This document shows, piece after piece, positions 1 to 13,100 of a stretch of 64,000 nucleotides of DNA. The DNA is from Octopus vulgaris (Eukaryota): positions 162,378,001-162,442,000 of the forward strand of contig OX597814.1 in NCBI GenBank assembly GCA_951406725.2, in the 5' to 3' direction. The position numbers and the translations under genes were made by a program. A model generated the notes under the pieces. The model was given only the letters and a program-made list of their open reading frames with translations, made no database searches and was not told where the DNA came from. Position 1 is the stretch's first letter; each line of letters begins with the position of its first letter.

Positions 1-319
1 ATTGATAACATCTGCAGAATGTGAGAGAAAATGTTTTGCAGTATCTAGTTATAGCCCTTTACGTTCTATGTTCAAATTCCACCGATTTTAAATTTTTCTT
101 TACACACTTACAAGATCGAAGAAGTTAAGTACCGATGTTATTTTTATCAACAATATTCTAAATTTGTGGCACTGTGCCAATGTGAGAATTCTATAAATGA
201 AAAAGTATATTGGATGAATAAATAGAACAGAGGACAAGAATTGTCTCTTGAACTTTTTAGTAACGTTCATTTATCAGGTTGTATAGAAAGCTCTGTCCGA
301 TTTTTAATACTTAAGAGTA

Positions 320-724
320 AGGCGGCGAGCTGGCAGAAATGTTAGCACGCCGGGCGAAATGCGTAGCCGTATTTCGTCTGCCGCTACGTTCTGAGTTCAA
401 ATTTCGCCGAGGTCGACTTTGCCTTTCATCCTTTCGGAGTCGATTAAATAAGTACCAGTTACGCACTGGGTCAATATAATCGACTTAATCCGTTTGTCTG
501 TCCTTGTTTGTCCTCTCTGTGTTTAGCCCCTTGAGGGTAGTAAAGCAATATGTATTTTGTCTGTCTTAACGTTCTGAGTTCAAATTCTGCCGAGACCAAC
601 TTTGCTTTTCATTCTTTCGGGGTCGATGAATTAAGTATCAGTTGCGTACTGGGGTTGATCTAATCGACTGCCCCACCCCCCCAAAATTTTGGGCCTCGTG
701 CCTATAGTAGAAAAGAATATTTAT
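320..724 (+). mobile_element. tRNA-derived SINE family A (Meta-domain-like), dimeric copy
   Basis: Head GGCGGCGAGCTGGCAGAAATGTTAG; B-box-like GAGTTCAAATT; core GACTTTGCCTTTCATCCTTTCGGxGTCGAT..AAGTACCAG present twice; 9-bp TSD TTAAGAGTA at 311-319 and 725-733. Confidence 0.9.
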
Positions 725-744
725 TTAAGAGTAGAAACATATTT

Positions 745-1898
745 AATACTGTAAATAATATTTTATAATTTCTCTCTCAGTTATTTGAAAGTTTTTGAAT
801 GCCTAATCTGAAAACGCCTTGCGTTTTGAATTAAAGTATACATTTAAATCATTTTTTTACTTCTTCCCTGTCGGTCACATATTCCTGTTTGGACTACTTT
901 GCAAAGATCTGAATAAGTGAATGTCTGATGGAGCAAGATCTGGAGAACATGAAGGGTGTAACACAGTTATTGGTAAACTGCGGTCTGCAGGACTTTCTGA
1001 ACGAGAATATTCCTAGAATGGTTTTGGGTAGTGCAGCCTACCTGATGATGAACCATATCTCACACGGCCCGCTTCTCGAAAGAGCTTATCCATTCCTGGT
1101 GTGGCATTTTCCTTTCATCCTAACAATTCCGGGACACCTTTAGTGAATTATGTGACGTCAAATATTATTATCATAAAAAGAACTCACTGTGATTTATTAA
1201 TGCAGGACGATTTTCTATCCAAAGCAATCTTCAGACAATGAAATTGCTGACAGTAGACTTCAGAAGTGATTGTTTGATTCGGTCCTAAAAGGTTATTATG
1301 AATAATACCGTCCATATCTTGCCAAACATACAAGAAATTGATTTGAGGACCAAGACCCTCTAGTGGAGGTAGTAAAGATTTTTGATTTGGGCTTATCTAC
1401 TGTCTACAGTGTTTAATATTGATGTAACGAATTCACTGCTCACCTTCAGTCACAATCCAATTTGCAAAATAGCACTTGAAGGTTATGTGTATGAGGGGAT
1501 ATACGGAAGTCAAACCATTGTTGTTAATTTGCTGCTAAAAGCGCATTGAGGAACCAATTTCCTTTATTTTGAAATTTCCCTAGCTTCATTTAATCATGAA
1601 TGTTCACAATGCTTACATTAAATTCAATGGAAAGGTCTCTTACTATTACTACAGGATTCCTTATAAATGTTGTCTCTAACATTTCATCATCCAATTCGGC
1701 AGGACATCCTGACCTATTCTCATCAAGCAAACTGAAATTGTCACGTCTGAATTTTTCAAATCGCCTTCTGCAAGTTCTTTCATTCACTGCATCATGACGA
1801 TAAGCATTTTGAATATTTTTGGTTGCTTCGCTTTCATTATAACTTAGATGATACGCTTAAAACATGGTGTGACAAATATGCTCTTTGGTTGGTTCCAT
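745..1898 (-). mobile_element. Decayed mariner transposase (pseudogene)
   Basis: Minus-strand fragments MEPTKEHICH (ATG at 1898), ERTCRRRFEKFRRDNFSLLDENRSGCP, VWQDMDGIIH..NQTITSEVYCQQ, HPSCSPDLAPSDIHLFRSLQ; stops and frameshifts; TIR-like TA|TCAGGTTGTATAGAAAG at ~274-305. Confidence 0.88.
964..1098. mobile_element. hAT-type MITE nested in the mariner remnant
   Basis: CAG...CTG ends; GGTAAACTGCGG and CGGCCCGC subterminal motifs; degenerate 8-bp TSD GTGTAACA/GTGTGGCA; splits the mariner PHP.YSPDL motif; similar to 5831-5939. Confidence 0.7.
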
Positions 1899-2090
1899 GC
1901 TGTGTTGTTCATGAGAAAATTAATATACAATATATACAATATGTAATTAAGGTGGTGCTTCAGTATGGCTGCAGCCAAAATTACAGAATCAAGTAAAAGT
2001 AAAAGAAATACAAACATTTGCTTTAAAGGAACTCATCATGAAATGACTCTGCACCTACGAATGCTACCAATATTTATTGGTTAACCCTGT

Positions 2091-2425
2091 GAAGGCGCAT
2101 GACTCAGTAGTTAGAGCGTCGAGCTTACGATCGTGAGGTTGTGAGCTCGTATCTCGGACCAGCTGCGTGTTGTGTTCTTGGGCAAGACACTTTATTTCAC
2201 GTTGCTCCAGTTCACTCAGCTGTAGAAATGAGTTGCGACATCACAGGTGCCAAGCTGTATGGGCCGTTGCCTTTCCCTTGGATTACACTGATGGCGTGGA
2301 GAGGGGAGGCCAGTAGGCATTTGCGACTGCTGGTCTTCCATAAACAACCTTGCCCGGACTTGTGTTTAGGAGGGTAACTTTCTAGGTGCAATCCCATGGT
2401 CTGTGTCGTGACCGAAGGGGGTCTC
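2091..2425 (+). mobile_element. tRNA-derived CORE-like SINE family C (resembles octopus OR-type SINEs)
   Basis: A-box-like TGACTCAGTAGTTAGAG; degenerate B box; TGTGTTCTTGGGCAAGACACTTTATTTCACGTTGCTCCAGTTCACTCAGCTG core shared with the copies at 11625, 42170 and 60047. Confidence 0.85.
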
Positions 2426-3053
2426 AGAACCCTGCTCTCCGCAAAAAAAAGAGCAGGTCCCAATGTTTCAACAAGTTTAAATTCGTAATCAGACAAGAAT
2501 TTCGTTGCTACCTGATTCATTTTAAGTTCAAATCTTGGTTGATTTTTCTTTTATCCTTCTAGGGTCAATAAACTAATTACTGAGGTCAATATAATCGAAG
2601 ATATACCCTCACCACGAATTTGTGGATAGATTGCGTGTCAGACACACCTACAAATAGATAGATAGATTCATGTAGTTGTTTAGCCCTAGGTTAATCTTGA
2701 TCGAGTCTAACTATGACGATCCGCTTTTTTTTTATGAAGCTAGGGGTGATCTACATCGACGACAAATTATGAAGTGAAAGTAGTGAAGCTGGATAAGTCT
2801 TTATGATGTAGTGGTGGAGAGATAGAGATATTTGATGGCATGTGAAAGTTGAAATTCGTCTCCTCCTTCCCCTCTTTCTCTGTTTTAGTCAGTTTCAATG
2901 TGTCAGGTCCCTCTTCTCTTCATGCCATACGAACCTACACAAACTTACGAAGTTCCTCGCAATCAATAAGCCATCCAACCAACCAACCAACCAACCAACC
3001 AATAAATAAATAAATAAATAAATAAATCAGTCTGTCTGTCTGTCTATACATAC

Positions 3054-3116
3054 TTTCTTCAGGCAAAGAAAGTGACTGCCGAACTTGCACTTCGCAAATT
3101 TCTTGGCTAGTCTGCT
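3054..3116 (-). other. Candidate 63-nt frame-preserving exon (unverified)
   Basis: Acceptor ctactgtttcgctttcag| and donor AAA|gtatgt; two open frames (SRLAKKFAKCKFGSHFLCLKK or QTSQEICEVQVRQSLSLPEE); no protein recognised. Confidence 0.25.
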
Positions 3117-3328
3117 CTGAAAGCGAAACAGTAGAATTACGCAAGAGTTTTCTAACACGTAACTCTTAGAGTTTTAGTTTTCCAAATACCGACTATGGAG
3201 CTTCGTTTCGTTTCTTTGTAAGAGTCATGTTCCTTTCTTGTTGGAAGAAATTAAATAATCAAACAGTCAAATGGGCGCAGGCTACCTCCTCAGTGGAAGA
3301 TTTATAATAATGAAAAAAACAGAAAAGA

Positions 3329-3660
3329 CATGCATACATACATACATACATACTTATATACATATACATACATACATACATACTTATATACATACATACA
3401 TACTTATATACATACATACATACATACATACATACATACATACATACATACATACATAATACATACATAATACATACATGATACATACATGCATGCATAC
3501 ATACATACATACATACATAATACATACATACATGCATGCATACATGCATACATACTTACATACATACTTACATACATACATACATACATACTTATATAGA
3601 TACATACATACATACATACATACATACATACATACATACATACATAAGTACGTACATAAA
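3329..3660. repeat. (TACA)n compound microsatellite
   Basis: Direct reading. Confidence 0.97.
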
Positions 3661-3818
3661 TACAAACACGCCAAACCGTATTCCGTACTTCATTCAGGCT
3701 TTTCTTTCCTTTCGTTAAATCTGATGATTGTTCTATCACAAACTATATGCTATAGACAAGAAAGTAAAAGAAGGTCTACAACGACTAAAACTCAATAATT
3801 AATATCTTACTCTACTCC

Positions 3819-4035
3819 AAGGCGGTGAGCTGGCAGAATCGTTAGCACGCCGGGTAAAATGATTAGCGGCATTTCGTCCGTCTTTACGTTCTGATTTTAA
3901 GTTCCGCCGAGGTCGACTTTGACTTTCATCGTTTCAAGGTCGATAAAATAAGTACCAGTTGATCACCGAGATCGATGTAATCAACTTATCCCCTTCCCCC
4001 AAATTGTTGGCCTTGTGTTAAAATTTGGAATCAGC
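3819..4035 (+). mobile_element. SINE family A, monomer
   Basis: AAGGCGGTGAGCTGGCAGAATCGTTAGCACG head plus core; a more degenerate copy follows at ~4070-4225. Confidence 0.9.
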
Positions 4036-4408
4036 ATTTTGAGCTAATCTGTGGACTGAATACTACGTAAAGGTGATGAGTTGGCAGCTTTGTTAAAGCG
4101 TTGGATAGAATGTTTTGTGGTATTCAGCCTGGTTTCCTGCGCACAGAGTTCAAATCCTTCCGAGGCCGACTTTTCCTTTCTTCCTTTCAGGGTTGATAAA
4201 TAACGTAATTAGCTAAGTGCTACAGTTGTTACCCACTCCTCTCTTTGTCTCTCTCTCTCTCCTCCCCATCCCGCTCTCGAAATCGGTTGCGTCCAAAAGA
4301 CCCCAAAAAGGAATATTCACATCGCGGCCCCATTGACCCTTTTACCACCATTCTGTGGGATCGATAAGAAAGAAGGATTTTCATCTTGATAGCTCTTGCA
4401 GCGTAAAA

Positions 4409-4449
<41 letters not shown>

Positions 4450-4844
4450 GTGTGTGCGCTTGCGTATATGTATTCGTAGATAGATAAATAGGTATTGTAG
4501 TTAAGCTAGAAATCAATAGTTATGTAAAAAACAAAAACAAACCCAAATCAACAACAGCAGCAACATCAAAAATAAACGTCATTAATCAATCAATGAAAGC
4601 CATGTCACACAAGAAAATATTGTTATGTAAATAAACGAGCAGAAATATAAGTACAATAATGAGGTAAGAATGCTTCAGTGAAGATGGCTTGAGTAGTCGC
4701 TTAGTAGACGCCCAAGAGAGGCTTGTTGGTCGATATAGAGAGCACAACAGTGACCACTGAAAACGGATATACACAAGCGCGTGTGTAATCATTTATCCAA
4801 TGAATTGACTGTTCCTAACCAGCGTGGAGCACAAATATAGAATC

Positions 4845-5420
4845 TTTTCTACCCTAGACACAAGGCCCGAAACTTTTGGGAAGAGAGCCAGTCGATTAGA
4901 TCGACCACAGTACACAACTGGTACTTAATTCATCGACCCCGAAAGGATGAAAGGCAAATCGACCTCGGCGGAATTTGAACTCAGAACGTAAAGACAAACG
5001 AAATACCTATTTCTTTACTATCCATAAGGGGTTAAACACAGAAGGGACAAACAAGGATAGACAAACGGATCAAGTCGATTACATCGACCCCAGTGCGTAA
5101 CTGGTACTTAATTTATCGAGCCCGAAAGGATGAAAGGCAAAGTCGACCTTGGCGGAATTTGAACTCAGAACGTAACGGCAGACGAAATACCTATTTCTTT
5201 ACTACCCACAAGGGGCTAAACACAGAGGGGTCAAACAAGGACAGATAAACAGATTAAGTCGATTATATCGACTACAGTGCGTAACTGGTACTTAATTTAT
5301 CGATATCGAAAGGATGAAAGGCAAAGTCGACCTCGGCGGAATTTGAAATCAGAACGTAGCGGCAGACGAAATACCAGCATTTCGCCCAGCGTGCTAACGT
5401 TTCTGCCAGCTCGCTGCCTT
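4845..5420 (-). mobile_element. SINE family A, trimeric copy with tandem ~180-bp units
   Basis: Three repeats of GAAAGGATGAAAGGCAAA(G)TCGACCTCGGCGGAATTTGAACTCAGAACGTA; single head at ~5420. Confidence 0.92.
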
Positions 5421-5830
5421 AGTACAAAAAGAGAATGAGAGACACAGGTTATACTTGGTTGTAGATTTTTGTAGCTTAGTCACAGAAGCGAGGACAGTGT
5501 TGATATTTTGTTGGAAGATGGGATTCACACTCTCGTGTGGATCCATTTTCCACTTTTAGTAGACGACTTCTTAGTCAACTTGGCAGAAACATCTTACCTC
5601 AACGTTTATACTTATATTGCAGCAGATTTATTTATATAGACATTGACCTACTCCGAATGTTTGCAGCAGAATGGACATCACTGAAAGCATATGAGGCCAA
5701 GCGGTGGAGTTAAACGGAGCAACGGTTTAAGTCTTATGCTAAGTGGTAGACTTAAATTTTACTTCTCAAATCGTTGCTTACAATGCCCTACATCAGTGTA
5801 CGCTGAAAATCTAAGTAGTTAATTCTCTAT

Positions 5831-5939
5831 CAGTCACGGGCAAACTACAACCTGCGGGACTTTCTGAATGCCAACGAAAAATTACCTTGGAGCTTTTTAA
5901 TAGTGCAGCCTGCTTCTCGAAAATCCTTGGCCGTACTTG
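5831..5939. mobile_element. hAT-type MITE, second copy
   Basis: Shares GGCAAACT..CTGCGGGACTTTCTGAA and TAGTGCAGCCT/GCTTCTCGAAA with 964-1098. Confidence 0.6.
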
Positions 5940-6369
5940 TATATGAACAAACTGACATGAAAAAGATATTCGATAATAGTGATTCTGAACTTTTTTTGCC
6001 CGGTGTGTAGAGATTTTAATTTCTAATTTCTTTACTAACCATGTATTGCCTACAGCTATATTAATTTTATGTAAATACTTTATTTATTGCTGGAAGATAT
6101 TTTTTTCGAAGTTATCGACAGCGATAAATTCGCCATAAATGTTCTCTAGTGTGAGGATAGCAACAGTTATTAACTGAATCTGTGGCGCAACTGAAAAGGT
6201 AACTGTTAACGGTTTAGATTTTCTCTTACGGCCGTTTTTATTGTCTGTTGTTTAAAGTTAACTCTGCGTCAGCAGACTTATAATCGAAGACATTTGAGAG
6301 GTCATTTGAGCGGTTTTTCTTCAGAGATAAGAGTGTCTTGGATCACATTATCCAGTGTGTTCTTACTAG

Positions 6370-6565
6370 ATGTTTCGCAGCGGGTCAGCCTTGATCGAGC
6401 AGAACTTAAATTTAAAGGTTCCAGACGTGATCACTACGTCTTTTATTCGGATATAGTATATCTAGGACTGCATGAGCCTATAAGAAAGTAAGGTGTGATT
6501 TTAAAGAGATATAGTTGCTATGTCCAGATTGAACGTCCAATTACAGGCTCTTTCTTAGGCTCGAA
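6370..6565. mobile_element. Older diverged SINE-like family D
   Basis: Motifs (C)TTGATCGAGCAGA and GATTTGG(C/T)TGCTATTTCTAGCAGG recur at ~7390, 9615-9800, 14260, 20800-20950, 22150-22345, 28400-28585, 41510, 44605-44800, 48520 and 56470. Confidence 0.65.
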
Positions 6566-6744
6566 ATGACTAGTTGAGCAGGGGATGTTTGAAGTCATGT
6601 TCACTTTATTCACATTGTCTATTTAGTCCATTGGTCCCAAACCCTTTTCTCACAGAACCCAAGGCAGGATTTTATTAACTAACAACAGATTTTTTCAATT
6701 CTTCATTGAAAAATCTCACTCAGTAAATGCGTAATTATGCATAT

Positions 6745-7140
6745 GTGTGGCTATGTGGTAAGAAGCTTGCTTTCCCAACCACATGGTTCCGGGTTCAGTC
6801 CCACTGCGTGGCACCTTGAGCAAGTGTCTTCTACTATAGCCTCGGGCCAACCAAAGCCTTGTGAGTGGATTTGATCGACGGAAACTGGAAGAAGCCCGTA
6901 TAAACCTATGTGTGTGTGCGCGCACGCGTGTGCGTGTGTTTGTTCTCCCATCACCGCTTGACAACCGGTGTTGTTGTGCTTACGTCCTCGTAACTTAGGT
7001 TCGGTAAAACAAACCGATAGAATAAGTACTAGGCCCAAGAAATAAGTCCTGTAGTCAATTTGTTCCACTAAAATCCTTCAAGGCCGTGCTCCAGTATGGC
7101 CGCAGTCAAATGACTGAAACAAGTATAAGAATAAAAGAAA
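6745..7140 (+). mobile_element. SINE family B (tRNA head, CORE-like segment, internal microsatellite, LINE-like tail)
   Basis: GTGGCTATGTGGTAAGAAGC A box; GGTTCAGTCCC B box; CCTTGAGCAAGTGTCTT; (TG)n; tail GGCCGTGCTCCAGTATGGCCGCAGTCAAATGACTGAAACAAG. Confidence 0.9.
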
Positions 7141-7551
7141 ACATTTTACACAGCTGAAGCCTTTCAATATTTCGAAGAATTTTTCTGCGCCGGTAAAAGT
7201 GCTCACCGGCATTTCTTCCAGCTTTACTTTCTGAGTTCAGTTCCTGTGAACAGATGTCATGAACTGCTACTGTTGACTGTTAAGAAAATAGAGGGAGCAC
7301 TATATATTTGATGAATGATTTCTATGGCAGTTGTGATGAGTTAACAATTCTTTTGTGGAAACAACTTATGAGTCTCTTCATGTTAACTCGACCTGCTAGA
7401 AATAGCACCAAATCCCTTTTATATCAAACTCTCCATCTATAATTGTGAGAGATGGAATGTATGTATGTATGTGTAAGCGCATGTCTTGTGTGTATGTGTG
7501 TGGGGGTCTCTAAACGAATGAAGAAAACACTCCTCACGTAATATGGAAGCC

Positions 7552-7595
<44 letters not shown>

Positions 7596-7949
7596 AATTG
7601 AGATAGGGGTTGTAAATGCATGCAACCCTCCATGGGATAACATATATCCAATATGCTGCTAGTGAAGTACCCAACAAAGTTAATACATAAATGTTAAGGA
7701 TTGCGATGCAATCAATTCATTTACTGTATTATATGGGCAAAGGTAAAATGATTTACCACAAATTACTAATACAAGATAAGAAAATGGAGAGTACACTTTT
7801 TTATGTACATTCCTTTATGTACACTGATTTGTTCTGCTTTTTTATGCTTAACCTTACAGTCTCTTATGTGGTGGTTTAATAAAGTATGTGATTGAGTATT
7901 ATCTGGTAATTGATATTTGATTTAGATGTATTTCTCCATTCTCTTATCT

Positions 7950-8642
<693 letters not shown>

Positions 8643-8701
8643 TGTGTATACATGTATATATATATATATGTAGGTACAAATATGTATAAGGGCGTGCGCG
8701 C

Positions 8702-8756
<55 letters not shown>

Positions 8757-10175
8757 AGAAGGAGAAGGAGAAGGAGAGCAAAGGAACTTAGATACAAGTG
8801 GGAGGTAGAGTGAAAGAAGAGGGTGATAAAGAGTGGTGGGTGAGAGTCACAGAAATAGAGAAACTGGTGGGCAGGATAAGAAAAAATACAGAAGAGAGAA
8901 TGCTAAAGAATACAGGGAAAGTATTGGTTACTTTTGTAATCTTGACTACTTTCCTTATCTGCTAGAAAGTGGTTATGAGAAGCAGTGAGGAGTTGGGAGA
9001 GGGAGAGAGAGAAAGAGAGAGAATGAGAGAGAGTGAGAGACGAAAGGTGGGGGAGAATGTAAAAGTATAAAAGGAGTGGGCAGAGCGATTGATGTAGAAA
9101 ATAAGAGAACTGGAGTAGGATGAAAAAAAAAAATAAAGATGCAAGGTTATGACAAACTAATTAGGAAAGAGATGAACAATGATAGGAAGGGAAGGGCTAA
9201 TTATAGAAAACGAGAGATGTTTAATGATAACATGTTTAATGCAGGGAAACATTAAAAAATTAACTGGAAATAATTATGCGACGATGAAAGAGAAATGCAT
9301 TTCAATCAATGACTTAGTATTATAGTAATTTTTCAGGCAAATACGGGAGATAACTCCGGTCAGTTTTCGGTGCATAGCTTATTTTTCGAAGTAATGATGC
9401 TAACACTAAGTAAATGAATTCTTTCTACTATACTTACAAGGCCTAAAATTTGGGGGATGTGCTATTTTGTTTTATTGGTCTCAAAAGTAAGCAATGTCAA
9501 CCTCGTTATCGTTTGAACTCAGAACGTAAAACCTGAAGAAAAGACCGCTAAGCATTTTGTTTAATGCTCTAACGATTCTGCCAGCTTGCCCTCTTAATAT
9601 CTAATAAACAACTATATTAGAAATAACAACCAAATATTTCGCAAATCACACGCTATTGACTTTAAAAGAGAAGAAAGAATTATTAGACAAGGTATTCTGA
9701 GATAAACCATAACTGGATAGACTGGAAGGTCACGGTTAGAGTAGTTTTGGTCATAGGTTTGATTGCTCGATCAGGATTGACTTGGGGCGAAGTAACAACA
9801 ACAACAACAACAAACATTTTATATTAGTCAGTGTTCAAAAATAGAAGTGTTTAGAGAGTAACTAACCCAGAGACGCTATCCGCAGGTAAAAATAGCAGTT
9901 AGGTTTGTATGACTGGTCTCTATATTACATATAATAAAAAACTAACACAACTACTGTTTTTCATGCAGGTGCCGTCTCTGAAAACTCTACATAATAAGCA
10001 CAACGCAAAACATATTCTCATCAATTATAGCGAGCCTAAAATACATGACTCCTACTTGTTCCATCGATCCAATGAAGATGAAAGATAAAGACGACCTCTT
10101 GAGGATTTAAACTGGGAACGTAAGGAAACATAACTCAATATTGTAAAATATCTTGACATGTGTGCTACCGTTTCA

Positions 10176-10224
<49 letters not shown>

Positions 10225-10280
10225 AAACTACTACTACTGCTACTGCTGCTGCTGCTACTGCTACTACTACTACTACTACT

Positions 10281-10652
10281 TGTTGGCATCCTTTTATCTC
10301 GGGAGACAATGGAGTTGCGCATAAACTAATCCAGTCTGGTTTTTACATTACATGTCCTCTCCAGTTTCCTCTCCATTCTTGCGCAGGCCTGGGCTAGATG
10401 TAAGAAAATCCTGGGTACCCACCCAATCGTCAGGATTCCTCTCTCGACCTTGCTGACGTAGTCCAAAGGAGTGCAGAGCATTACGTTTGGCACCAGCTTG
10501 GTTGCTGGAGCTGCCGAAAGAGTGTCGAGTCGAACACTAAAGAGCCTACAGGGCTCCACTTTGGATTATTTTGAAGGTTGTCTCCATTCCGTAACCCTGG
10601 ATAGGGGCCCATACCGGGTACTGTCAGTCGGAGCCAGCTGAGCCCGAGACTC
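10281..10652 (+). mobile_element. RTE-clade LINE 5' UTR-like fragment inside an (ACT)n array
   Basis: Starts TTGTTGGCATCC..TCTCGGGAGACAATGGAGTTGCGC and contains CTCTCGACCTTGCTGACGTAGTCCAAAGGA..TACGTTTGGCACCAGCTTGG, recalled from RTE/BovB-like 5' UTRs; (ACT)n on both sides. Confidence 0.55.
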
Positions 10653-10672
10653 GTGACTGCTACTACTACTAT

Positions 10673-10737
<65 letters not shown>

Positions 10738-10738
<1 letters not shown>

Positions 10739-11069
10739 GACCCGAAAGGATGAAAGACAAAGTCGACCTTGGCGGTGCCGCTTGCCCGGGGTACTAAGGA
10801 TTCTGCCAACTGGTCGCAATACTAATACTAATAATAATGGTTTCAAATTTTGGCTCAAGGCCAGCAATTTCGGAAAAGGGGTAAGTCGATTACATCGACA
10901 CCAATATTCAGCTGGTAATTATTTTATCGACGCCCCGGAAGGACAAAAGGCAAAGTCGACCTATGCGCAATTTGAACTCAGAACGTAATGATGAATAAAA
11001 TGCCGCTAAGCATTTTGTCAGGCATGCTAACGATTTTTGGCAACTCGCCAGCTTACTACTCCTGTATCC

Positions 11070-11121
<52 letters not shown>

Positions 11122-11582
11122 CACAACTACTGCTGCTGCTGCTGTTGTTGTTAAGCAACAAGACGGGTAAGGGTGATTAGGTGATGGTCTAGGGCTTAGG
11201 GGCGGAAGACCCCAGACCTTGGAAAAAAAAACTTTGGTCGTCTTGTTGTAGTCGAGGGCTCTTCGTTGACGCCTGAAACCACTGGGAGGTGGCTCTCGAA
11301 GACGCTGGAAATGGAGATCTCCAGGTCCAAACTTTTGAACGGCTGCTGCTGCTGCAGCTGCTACTGGTTTTACATATTAGCACAAGGCCAGCAAGTTCGG
11401 AGGAGGCGGGGGTAAAGTTGATTAAATCGATCCCAGTGCTCAACTGTTATTTATTTTATCAATCCCAAAAGGATGTAAAGCCAATTCGATCTCGGTGGAA
11501 TTTGAAAACAGAATGTAAAGACAGACGAAATGCCGTTAAGCATTTTGCCCGGCGCGCCAAAGATTCTGAAAGCTCGCCGCAG
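10738..11582 (-). mobile_element. SINE family A copies interleaved with (ACT)n and (AAT)n
   Basis: Reverse-strand core and head at ~10738-10815, ~10850-11055 and ~11378-11582. Confidence 0.8.
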
Positions 11583-11624
11583 TTAAATAGTAATAATAAT
11601 AATAATAATGATGATGGACTCTCC

Positions 11625-11897
11625 TGTCGAAGACGACGAATGAACGTTCAACTTTTGACGAACGTCCTGGACAAAATAATTTGTTTATGGTGATCAAATG
11701 TATGTGCTGTACATTGGCTTACTCTCTCCATCAAATCGACGCCGTCTGAACAGTTGCACGGTGTACCACACATTAGGTGTCAAAGTGATCACTGAGTAAC
11801 GTGAGATGAAGTGTTTTTGCTCGATACAGCCCGGTCTAGGAACTGAAACCACGATCTCGCGATCGTAAGTGCAACACTCTAACCACTCGACAACGCG
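11625..11897 (-). mobile_element. SINE family C-related copy
   Basis: Reverse tRNA head (CGATCGTAAGTGCAACACTCTAACCACT) and AACGTGAGATGAAGTGT core. Confidence 0.7.
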
Positions 11898-11899
11898 AA

Positions 11900-12720
11900 T
11901 TTCAAATTATTGGCACAAGGCCAGCAGTTTCTGGGAATGGGGTGGGTAAGTCGATTACATCGATCCAGTATTAAACTGGTACTTATTTAATAATAATAAT
12001 AATAATTATTATTATTATTTCTACTGGAAGCACAAGGCCTGAAATTCGGGGGTACGGATCATGTTGAGTACATCGACTCCAGTGCGTAACTGGTACTTAT
12101 TTAATCGATCCCGAAAGGATGAAAGGCAAAGTTGGTCTCGGCGGAATTTGAACTCAGAACATAAAGACAGACAAAATACCGCTAAACATTTCGTCCGGCA
12201 TGCTACCGATTCTGCTTCCTCACCGCCTTAATAATAATAATTATCCTTTCTATCATAGGCACAAGGCCTAAAATTTTGGGGGAGGGCGTTAAGTCAATTA
12301 CATCAACCCCAGCACTCAACTGGCACTTAATTTATCGACTCCGAAAGGATGAAAGGCAAATTGGCCTCGGCAGAATTTGAACTCAGAACGTAGCGACAGA
12401 CGAAATACCTATTTCTATTTCTTTACTACCCACAAGGGGCTAAACACAGAGAAGACAAACAAGGACAGACGAACGGATTAAGTCGATTATATCGACCCCA
12501 GTGCTTAACTGGTACTTATTTAATCGACCCTGAAAGGATGAAAAGCAAAGTCGACCTCGGCGGAATTTGAACTCAGATCGTAGCGGCAGACGAAATACCT
12601 ATTTCTTTACTACCCACAAAGGACAAACAAGGACAGACAAACGGATTAAGTCGATTACATAGACCCCAGTGCGTAACTGGTACTTAATTTATCGACCCCG
12701 AAAGGATGAAAGACAAAGTG
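11900..12720 (-). mobile_element. Tandem array of SINE family A units
   Basis: At least four GAAAGGATGAAA(G/A)GCAAA..GAACTCAGA units. Confidence 0.9.
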
Positions 12721-12754
12721 TGTGTGTGTGTGTGTATGTGTGTGTATGTATGTA

Positions 12755-12979
12755 TGTGAGAGTGTCTTTGCGTCTGTGTTTTTCTACCATCATCACTTGA
12801 CAACCGGTGTTGGTGTGCTTACGTCCCTGTAACTTAGCGGTTCAGCAAAACAGACCGACAGAATAAGTACCAGGCTTTAAAAAATAAGTGCTTAGGTCGA
12901 TTCATTCGACAAAAGCTTCTCAAGGCGGTGCTCCAGCATGGCTGCAGTCAAATGACTGAAATAAGAAAAAGAAATAAAA

Positions 12980-13019
<40 letters not shown>

Positions 13020-13100
13020 GTGTATGTGTCTGTCCCCGCCCAGTCGCTTGACAACGGGTGTTGGCTTGTTTACGCCCCCGTAACTTAGCGGTTTTCGCGC
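12755..13100 (+). mobile_element. SINE family B 3' halves
   Basis: CTTGACAACCGGTGTTGGTGTGCTTACGTCCC..GGCGGTGCTCCAGCATGG..ACTGAAA; partial second copy after (TG)n. Confidence 0.85.

Noticed and set aside
320-400. tRNA genes at SINE heads (also 2091, 6745, 60290)
   Set aside because: A/B boxes are present but there is no complete cloverleaf, and each continues into a SINE body.
1042-1085. CTGATGA...GAAA hammerhead candidate (also CTGATGA at 55728)
   Set aside because: No stem II, III or I pairing; the first lies inside a hAT MITE.
11900-12720. CRISPR-like regularly spaced repeats
   Set aside because: The apparent spacers are also repeated; these are tandem SINE units in eukaryotic DNA with no cas genes.
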